From Hormiphora californensis (taxonomy: Eukaryota; Animalia; Ctenophora), in contig CM035355.1 in the NCBI GenBank assembly GCA_020137815.1, forward strand, positions 4,464,001-4,528,000: 64,000 nucleotides of DNA. The letters run 5' to 3'. The number at the start of each line of letters is the position of its first letter. The stretch's first letter is position 1. The notes beneath the pieces were generated by a model. That model searched no databases, had not been told where the DNA came from, and saw only the letters and a program-made list of their open reading frames with translations. Below, one piece after another: positions 52,944-64,000 of the stretch. The position numbers were made by a program, and so were the translations under genes.

Positions 52944-54949
52944 AGTTACAATAGTGTCAATTTAAAGGCGCAGCATGCTGTAACAAATGATATTAGGCCT
53001 GCGCAATAAATCCTACCTCTACATATTCATTTATGATATTGTTCATGTTCCTTCCTTCCAGACTACCAATGATCATAAGATATCTTACTAAAATAAACAT
53101 GTTCCATTTCCTCCTAGGCTAATTATCCAAAGATCATAAGATACCTTGTGTTTTGCTCACACCGCACGCTCTGTGAGAGTTCATCCAAAAAGTAAAAATA
53201 TGTATCGTACTCAACATCCAAATGGACATGTTCCCGGAATGTGAAGATTTGTTGAATTTGACACAACAAGATTGGTTTGTTGTTCCATGAAAGGATGGTG
53301 CCAGTCGGTCGCGTTATGAACCTTGAAGATGGCAGAATTTGATTGCTGATTTTGCGTCCTCATATATAGTCAAATCGCTGGTAGCGATACCACAATCATA
53401 CGGCGATACATAGCGATACCACGATGCCGTTCCACAGAATTTTCAGCAAAGAACATGTTATAATCTCACTAGATCGATCGATTTTGAAGAGCATGCCCGA
53501 TCCATTGTTATCGCGGGTAAAACAATGCATTTTGTGATGCTTTACACGGTCGCTTGTAGTGGGAAAACGGTAATGGAAAACGGAGATACAGTAAGACGAC
53601 GAGCAACCGTGGCCAATCAGGGCGCTAGTACGTGCTGAACATGTGCACTTTTTGCCGTGCGTTATGCAACGTGCGCGTCTCATTACTGTATTTCCATTAC
53701 GGTAATATAAATACGACTACAAGCAGCACTGTAAACTGTGTGTTCCTTCGACTCCGATCCAAATTATAAAGGGATATAATATCATGTAGAAGAATGTTAT
53801 AGTTGTCTACAATAATATATCCTCCCTGTCATTGGGGGACACCCAAGTTATAAAACTCTATAAAACTCTATAGTTTGACTTTGGACGGGGCCATTGTTCT
53901 CTCTCCCACCCTCTCTCAACTTTTCTAAGGAAGTGGATCATATGAGCCCTCCCCCCCCATTCTATTGTAACGGTCAGAGTGGGGGAGGGACCACTCTATC
54001 AATCTGTGTGGGGGCTATATGAAGCAGGTTATTTCGAGAGCTAATGGAATCTCCCCGGGGGTTGGGGGGATCTCATTTTCCCCGGGGACAGCTTGTTGTA
54101 AAGAGGTGGGCCGGGAGGGTATTGTCATACGGGGGGCTGTGAGGCCGGGGGGTTGTCATACTACATGACTGTAACGCTGCGAGAGTATTATAAGCTCTCC
54201 TCACCGGGCCACCGGAGTCTTTTGTGAGACAAGAGGGGTTGTGTCAGCCGCGGGAGGAGGATTGCCTTGATCGACCTGCTCGCCCAAAACAAAGGAGGGG
54301 ATTTCGTGACTTTCCAGGCGGTACTGATCAGAGGGGCGACAAGTTTGGGGGGTTGATTAATTGCGTTCTAGAGCTTCACCAAAAGTGCAGTATGACGTAA
54401 GTCACGGATTCCATGTCACACTTTGAGTTCCTTTCCCCCTGTCATCCATAATGAATTTAGAATCGTCTGGAAGAATAGTGTGCTCTCACTGCAGAGAGTC
54501 TCAGTGACAAACCTATTGTAGAACCTTCTAAATAACATGCTGATTATATATTTGGGGGTTTTCTAGAGAGTGAGATGAGGTAATGTTTATTGCAGGGCAC
54601 CCAGAAAGTTCGAGAATTAAAGATATTTTGTGTTTTAGCCAAGAGAGATTTGAGTAGCAGCCAATCATTAATTAGTCTAGCATTTATCCCTTCTTTCTCT
54701 ACCTCAGAACCTTCACTCCCAGCTGTACATGATGTATCTTACTTTTTTGAAACATATAATTTAGACACATAAATGTTCCGAATCATTAGAAATCCATTCG
54801 CATTTCGCATTTCACACTATAATTGTAAGGTTTGCTAAACATTTGGTTACGAAGTCACCCCTATTATTGCATTAGCGCAGAGGGGGAATTTCATTACCAA
54901 GCTAAACATTATGTACACTGAGAAGTGAGAAATACATGAAGAGGGAAAT

Positions 54950-55098
54950 AAATAAAAAAGATGCGGATATATGAAGAGAGAAATGAAAAGATACGGATAT
55001 ATGAAGAGAGAAATAAAAAGAAACGGATATATGAAGAGAGAAATAAAAAGAGGTGGATATATGAAGAGAGAAATAAAAAGATATGGATGTATGAAGAT
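54950..55098. repeat. 30-bp tandem repeat (~5 copies)
   Basis: GGATATATGAAGAGAGAAATAAAAAG.. repeated with period 30. Confidence 0.85.
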
Positions 55099-55475
55099 GA
55101 ATGCAAGCACATTACAGTGCTGAAAGCATGTATATAATGATTGCGTGTGAAGTACGTGGCGACTGAAGAGAGAGAGAGGGAGAGAGAGAGAAGAGGGATG
55201 AGAGGGGAGACCGAGAGAGGGAGAGAGGAGACGAGACGAGAGAGAGGATGAGAGAGAAGAGAGTCGGAGAAACAGTGAGAGAAGAGAGAGATCCGAGAGA
55301 GAGAGAGACCGGAGAGGAGAGAGAGAGGAGGAGAGGAGAGAGAGAGAGAGAGGAGAGAGAAGGAGAGAGGAGAGAGAGTAGAGGAGAAGAGAGGGGAGAG
55401 GAGAGAGAGAGGAGAGGGAGAGAGAGGAGAGAGAGAGAGGAGGGGGAGAGAAGAGAGAGGAGAGAGAGGAGAGAG

Positions 55476-55527
<52 letters not shown>

Positions 55528-56126
55528 TACATATAATAGATCACAGAGAGAAAGAAGGAGTGTATGACTGTAGAGACGCAGAAGGAAGTATGATTGGAAG
55601 CATTCTAATATCTCATGATCTATATCAAATGATACAAAGAGAGAGAATAGAGACATGAGTATCTAGGAATGTGTAGTGGGTAGTGACACTACTATTAGTA
55701 ACATTACTAGACTACTACACTACTGTAGTGTACTCTACACTAAATCTAAAACAGGTTAAATAACGTTGCATCTTCATATGAATTGGGATGGATTCACTCC
55801 ATAGTTATACATGATTCCCCCCTCTTTGATGTCCATGACCTATCCTTAAATCCTTTATGACCAACGTCCAACTCTCTCATATTCTGTCAGGCCAATGCTC
55901 TGACCACAGTTCTCACACGCTCCGAATGGGTCAGGCCAACGTCCAACTCTCTCATATTGTGTTGCTATTCAAAACACAGGGACCAAGTTTATCCACTAAT
56001 CTACACTAGTAGTAGCGATCTTCGTTGTGACTAGTAGCAAAGTAGAGAAATTATTATTTTATTTGGGAAATCAACTGCATAACTTTATTAACTTTGAAAG
56101 AGGGAGAGAGAGAGGGAGAGACTAGA

Positions 56127-56216
<90 letters not shown>

Positions 56217-56368
56217 TAGATAGATAGAGAGAGATCGCGATTAAAAATCGATCCAGGTTCTCAATAAAATTCTCAATATGGACTAATCGTCAGAGCTCTT
56301 TTTGTAAACGAGCTCATTGCATACAACCCATTTTCTCTCTCCCTCTCTTTCTCTCTCTCTCTCTCTCT

Positions 56369-56408
<40 letters not shown>

Positions 56409-57851
56409 ATCCATTTATCCCCTCTTCCTCTCCGGGGCTTTTAGCAAATGTATCCTCCAACTTGCTTTCCCTCATTTATTCATTCTTCTCCATCTCTTGC
56501 CGATTCCCAGAACAACCTTGATACAACAAGTTCATTTGAAATTTAAAAATGATTGTCGGGGCCCCGGGGAGGGAAAGATGGGTTAGATAGATGTTGAAGG
56601 GAGAAATCTCAGTTTGAGAGAGAGGTGAACAAAGGGTGAAGTTAAAGATTGTTTGTTTAACTGTGGGTGGAAGTTGCACTACCTAGATGGAAATACTCAG
56701 AGTTTGAATCAACGGAAGAAGACAGAGACAGAGCTATTTGCTGCTGCTACTACTACAAAGCAGCTTTGTAGTAGCTACTTGAGAACCACATCATCGCTAC
56801 TCTAACTTACTACTACATTTGATAGTAGGAGATCAGTGTGGGTCTTACAGATACCTACCGTATGCGGCTAAATATATAAAACTGCAGTTTAGAGTATAGA
56901 AAAAGGGACGTAATGTCGTAAACACGTGATTTATAGCGCAATAAAAAGAACAAAATAAATCACACAATTACAAAACTAATAATTTGACAAATATTACTTC
57001 CGAATCTACCCACAAAGTATATCAACATTATTTGGCACTCTCCCACACGACATATTCTCACCCGGCTAATCATATACACGCAGTCACCAAGTCTTTGTTG
57101 TACAAATTAGCCTATTAACAGAATAGGTCCGTGTATGTTTCAGCAATTTTTGGCAGTCACTTGTGTGTGTATTTACAGGTCTGTCAATTGGCAATCCTTC
57201 CACACACTCACACACATACATCAGCGATTCAGCAGAATATAGCTTGGCACACGCACATCTGTTTCCAACTTTACCATACTGAGTCTGGCCTCCCAACGTA
57301 GTGGAAAGGAACGCGCACAACTCACAACCAATTAAAAGTACTTCGCGCGCTTGTCAGCATTTAGTGCTACGCCGCGCACTAGAATCCATAGTTTCTCAAC
57401 TCGGTCGCCATTTCATTGTTTTCTGTCCCGTTCTCGTTTCACTGGCTCCCGGCCCGGGTTTGACGTTTCTTCCGTCCCCTGCAAACTGCACCATTTTCAT
57501 ATGTAGTGAGCAGATTTAAGGTAGTAATAGAGTCCACCCATACATCCAATCAGGACGAGGACACTGATTATGACTACTGGCACCAATATGGACACTTTCA
57601 ATGACACTGAAATGTGTGTCACAGTTTAGCCACTATCTTGTTATTGTGGGAGTATGTGAGAGCTGGGGTTTCGGTGCAGTTCACTCCTAGAAAAGTAGCA
57701 CACTATGGCCTGTCAGATAGAAAATGGGGGGACTGGGAAGGTCAGTCAAGCAGGAGGGAGGGGACCGTTGGTGACATAGACACCTGGCGCGACCCCCGCC
57801 AGGTGTCTAATTCTATGTCACCAAAGCTAAAGGGGACAGGGGGTGTCATAC

Positions 57852-58883
57852 CATCACAGTTTGAATCCTCTGGCGTTGTCCACGTACTCCCTGTTATACA
57901 TGTGATGTTATGCCACACATCTTCTGATGTATCTTTATCCTGACAGTACGCCAATATCTACAGGAAAAAAACGAAGAGTTTAAAGATATTATTTGTTTGG
58001 ATAAGAAATTTCTAACATCTACTGTCAGGCCAATGCTCTGACCACCGTTCTCGCGAAGAAATGAGAATACTTAGATAGGGTCAGGCCAATGCTCTGACAG
58101 AACATCTACCTACTACTCACAGTTTCGCCGTCTAGCACCTTCAGATCATCGTCTTCATCGTACGAATAACCCTTGGGAAGCTCTGTACAGAGGGTCTCTG
58201 AAATTAAAGGAAGGGCTGTATTTAGGGCGGGGGGGGGGGGCTGTACTCTGAATTAAAGAGGGGCTGTGTTTAGGCCTTAGGGGGGGGGGGGGACTACTCG
58301 ATTGGCCCATTGTGGGATTGTACTATGATTATGTAGGGATTGTATTTGTCTTGTTTGTACCTGACCTTTCTTTATTGCTCTTCTGATTGAAACCAAAGAA
58401 GGGTCGGGTGCAAAACAGACTATAATACAGGGAAAGGGACTGCTGGGTTGTGGGTTCCCGGGTACAGTTCCCACTTCCCACAGTGTACTGTAACTGTTTA
58501 ATGTACAGGCTAAATACCACCGGCCACACGACCAACAAAAGGGTACATATCAATCGAAAATCAGGTCATCTGATTTAGATGTCTTCTCTTGCTCAACGAG
58601 AGGCTACCCCCCCCCCCCCGGCTAAAAGGGGCAGTTTCACTTACGTGTAGCTGCGAGTGCTGTAGGTACGCTGAAAACTGCTAGGATCACTGTGACAGTC
58701 AGTAAACAGGTCAATCTGGGTGTGGCTAGAAACATGCTGGGAAGCAAAACGGTAAAACTCTCGAGAGGTTGTACGACCCGACAGCCCGGGTCTTTTGAAG
58801 TTTGAACAATGATCATTGTTCGAACAGTGAGTGAGACTGAGAACACAGGTCGCACGGAATGAAAACCACACACTAAGTAGAAG
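57852..58883 (-). CDS. Partial spliced gene for a probable secreted/cell-surface protein with a Sushi/CCP-like module
   Basis: Four GT-AG exons with mutually compatible phases: 58645-58883, 58361-58509, 58121-58197 and 57852-57957. Hydrophobic start LLLSVWFSFRATCVLS; module CTELPKG..DGETILAYC..NITCITGSTWTTPEDSNC bounded by phase-1 introns. First and last exons not identified. Confidence 0.65.
58022..58100. mobile_element. CTGTCAG-family mini-element (intronic)
   Basis: CTGTCAGG..CTGACAG; perfect 8-bp TSD AACATCTA. Confidence 0.8.
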
Positions 58884-59934
58884 CTAGGAAGAGAGACTAA
58901 ACACCAACAGGGGCGGGGAGGGTGCTCTCTCTCCGGGGTAGATTTACAAGTATGATACAAATGCATATTAAACCACGCAGTAACATGTGCACTTGCAGTT
59001 GGATTACCATAACACTTGCCATGTTCTGTCAGCTCTCACCCCGCGTTGGAGGCCCGGTGTGAGCTTACGCGAGCCCGAATGGACAGACTGCGTAGCATGG
59101 CAAACTGTACTAGTACACTATAAAACTATGGGCGGGGTTATATAACTCGCTGAGCAAGCTGCCAGAGGTTTAACAATATAACGAGGCATAATGTGTGCAC
59201 TGTGCCCTATATAACTGTGCAGGAGGGTTGTGGTGTGACTATAATGGCTTGTGTATTCGTAATGGCACACATGCAGATGGTACATATGGTGGTGTACAAA
59301 TTGTACACTGCGAGAATCATGTGTACTACAATATATACATCTACAATACATACATCTGTACTATTATAACATATGTAGTGGGGCATTGGACGGTCTATAC
59401 TTGTTGCGTAGGGGGCCGGTGCCACCCTTTACTCAACAAGTAACAAGTTACCACAGTAACTTTCAAAAAACCTAATTAACAAGGGCACTGGACAAGTATG
59501 GCAACAAAAAGTGAGAACAGACCAAGAGAGAGAGAGGTCACTGGCCAGGGTGTGGATAGTAAGAGGGAGTATAGACATTATATTGTGAGAGAGAGACAGG
59601 GAGGATAAATGGAGGGAGAGAGGATAGATGGAGGGAGGGAGGGAGAGAGAGAGAGAGAGAGGGAGAGAGGATAGATGGAGGGAGAGAGGATAGATGGAGA
59701 GAGAGAGAGAGAGAGGGAGAGAGATAATGAGACAGAGGGATGGGTGGATAAGGGGGTGGCGGAAGACATTAGCTTTAACATTACACATTATACAGGTTCC
59801 TGCCTTCCAGTTTTCAAGGCAAAACTATATCCTTTCGGGTCGGTTATACACGGTACGGGGGGGGGGGGGGGGGGGGGTACCGCGGATAGCTCGGTATTTA
59901 TATTATTCAAATGTCCCAAGAGAATCGAGACACA

Positions 59935-61352
59935 CACAGTGGATTGCCCCAGTCCCGGCTTTGTTTTGTTCTAGCTAGGCAATCCCGGCTAGTGTCTTTC
60001 CTCCCAAACTTGACAGGCTACACTGTCCCTGCAATTACAGTGTAGCTCCTGTCAACTTGGGCCTACAGGAAATGTGTGTTGGCGGTTTCTCAGTGACCCT
60101 GCAGTTCGCTCCGTTGTGAGGGAAATGATTGGTGTGCCCAGCCGGGCGGATAAGCTGCTGTGGCTTTTCGATAGGATTGCGGTAATATTGCGTGTGATCA
60201 GTAGTAAAAGGAAAGTTAAAACAACCGAGTTTAAGACGTACTGTACGGAGACGTATGAGTACATCCTAACTGAGTATCCACCTCCACGGAGCCAGGTCTC
60301 CCCTACTCTCCACAAGGTATTGGCTCACGCACCAGAGGTTATGGAGAAGGAGAACAAGGGAAGAGGATTGGGGAATCTCGGTGAGGGGGGTCTCGAGGCT
60401 TGCAACAAGCTCCTACGTCGGTACAGGACGAGACTCAGCCGCAAGAACAGTCAGGAAGCGAACCTCACGGACACCATCCGCCGGCTTTTCATCCTTGGTG
60501 ATCCGGAAGTTCGAGAAGTGGGGCAAAATGTTATGGTTAGATGCCAGATATGTAAGGATCCCGGTCATACCCGAGGTGCATGCCCATCTATTATTGGTCC
60601 CTTGGGGAACCTGGACAGTACCGTGGAGTCCTTTTTTAGTTGATCATTATGTTTCCGTCTGTTCAAATGTTTAGGTTCACAATTCAACACTCTTTTAACC
60701 AATATATAACGAGTTTTAATCCTAACCTCGTATGCAAATAGCAATTCTCCTTAACATGGAATGGTTTTAGAGCTCCAATATTGATGGCAATCGATTCTTC
60801 GTGCAAAAATAGGTGGGGAAATGCTTCTAGTCGGGTCTCAGCTACTGATTTCTAAAAACTCACTTAAAAACACGCTTCCTTCAACGCTATTTTACCCAAT
60901 TTTCGGATCGTTTCGGAGAAGTGCCCCATACACTAAAAGATAGATATTTGTCAGGCCTTTCAAATAAAACTGGTCTCCCGTGACGACTCATGACGACTCT
61001 GTGTATGCCATAGCTTTATGTTTCGTTTTTGGCTGAAAAATGACTTTCCGAAAAAAAAATTTCAAAAATTTCCAAAAATTTTGAAATTTCACCTAATTGC
61101 CCTTACAAGACAACATACATTGAAGAATAAGTCTATTTTTCGTCTCGTCCTAAAACCCTGCAAGTTAAATGACAGTCAAAAAAGACAGTCAAAAATGACA
61201 GTCAAAAATGACGAAAAACTCAAATAACGCATCGATTCTGAAGCAATCAATCGGTGGGTCGCATGGCATACAACTCTATGGACTAATATCTATCGGATAG
61301 AACCATTTTTAGGAAATTTTTTTTTTCCTATGTCCACCTAAAAACCACTGTG
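59935..61352 (+). mobile_element. Transib/RAG-like transposon remnant; right end at heptamer CACTGTG, left end uncertain
   Basis: CACTGTG at 61346-61352 follows ~700 bp of AT-rich subterminal sequence. An inverted CACAGTGG at 59935-59942 matches for only 8 bp and has no clean 5-bp TSD. Confidence 0.55.
60065..60643 (+). CDS. C-terminal part of a RAG1-like/Transib DDE transposase with Cx2Cx3GHx4C tail (last exon or truncated copy)
   Basis: TGNVCWRF (Transib GNTARRF / RAG1 GNFAR); PTLHKVLAHAPEVME (RAG1 HKTLAHVPEIIE); GNLGEGGLEACNKLLRRYR..SRK (RAG1 SEGNESGNKLFRRFR); D..RRL...DP; CQICKDPGHTRGAC. Open frame with a possible acceptor CCTACAG ending at 60068. Confidence 0.85.
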   Translation, partial: TGNVCWRFLSDPAVRSVVREMIGVPSRADKLLWLFDRIAVILRVISSKRKVKTTEFKTYCTETYEYILTEYPPPRSQVSPTLHKVLAHAPEVMEKENKGRGLGNLGEGGLEACNKLLRRYRTRLSRKNSQEANLTDTIRRLFILGDPEVREVGQNVMVRCQICKDPGHTRGACPSIIGPLGNLDSTVESFFS

Positions 61353-62301
61353 GAGAGATGGGTAGAGGTATATCTATTGGCTCCATTGCAACCTATTCTC
61401 GCTCCGCGAAGAATAGGCTCCCGGCCTGTGGACAGCAAGAACTCACGTGCGCGCGATGTAAAGCACGTTTTCAGCAGTGGGACTATCAAATCGCGCGCGA
61501 TATACTGTTTTAGCAGGCATTTTTAGCCGACATAGCACTACCAAAACCCCAATTACCGCCTCAATTGGCACTTTGATGTATCGGCGGGTATTTTCCCATA
61601 CTCACAAGGCCATGACGATTCACCCAGTACCCGCAGATTGTCCCAGGACCGAGTAGGAGCTTGCAGCCAGGTCTTTAAAGAATTGCTCATATTTAGCGTC
61701 AATTTTGACCCACTATTCCTCAAATGCTGATATTCGCGGGTATTTTCCGTAAAACTAGAGACAATTATCTGCCAGGAGCAACAAACGAGATGCAAATCGG
61801 TTCAGTAGTTCCTTGCAGCCAGGTCTTTGAAAAAGTTTGCTCTAAAATCAATAACGCGCCGGAGGCCTAGATGTGAGATCGATCTCGGTCGCTGCGCGAC
61901 CTCGATCTCACTCAGGCATCAATGTGGCCAAGTATATCTATTACATCTCCATCAAATTCGTTAAACAAGTTGATTTTAAGCTTAAAAATTGGTATTATAT
62001 AGCCACACACATCCAAAAGTGAACACCACGAAAAAGGGGAGCACTGGATGCGCTGTAACAAGATGGGGTGCTCAAAAAGAACCAAAATACACTAATTTCT
62101 TTAGTCCTCTCTCTCACACACACACACATGGCCATTATATATTTCGTCTCCCTCCTTCTCTCACACTGCACGTGTTTAGTCCAGGATGCCCAGATCACTT
62201 CTGCAGTACACGACTACAAAAAAAACTCAAATTTTAGTTGTCTCACTTTCTATATCTTGCTATATAATTCTCCGGGAAAAAAGAAAGTCTCTATCTTTTA
62301 G

Positions 62302-64000
<1,699 letters not shown>

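Noticed and set aside
60644-61345. A RAG2-like gene convergent with the RAG1-like ORF
   Set aside because: Only ~700 bp of AT-rich sequence, with no kelch- or PHD-like frame.
61325-61352. A complete 12-RSS (heptamer, 12 bp spacer, nonamer)
   Set aside because: After a 12-bp spacer the sequence is ACATAGGAA, only 4/9 identical to ACAAAAACC. Only the heptamer is supported.

Overview
Eukaryotic (animal) genomic DNA with GT-AG introns, abundant (GA)n microsatellites and many transposon derivatives. The repeat repertoire resembles a ctenophore such as Pleurobrachia, but this is an unverified inference. Five genes run head-to-tail on the minus strand: HAUS8-like > NCAPH2 > USP10 > YLPM1 > RFC4 (3' end outside the window). 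Short spacers ending in unpaired splice acceptors suggest an SL trans-spliced operon. The other genes are a divergent MARCH1/8-type E3 ligase, a spliced Sushi/CCP-like secreted protein and the 3' part of RAD23. The most striking item is a C-terminal RAG1/Transib-type transposase fragment (60065-60643). It has the RAG1 HKxLAH/E..NK core motifs and a Cx2Cx3GHx4C tail, followed by a perfect RSS heptamer (CACTGTG) at 61346-61352. The window is also very rich in long inverted repeats: a 3.6-kb foldback element, a 1.46-kb Chapaev-type palindrome, an inverted Penelope dimer with hammerhead ribozymes, several MITEs, and a three-copy hairpin-plus-inverted-repeat element family. Frameshifts in conserved genes probably reflect assembly indels. 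All homology calls come from motif recognition, not database searches.
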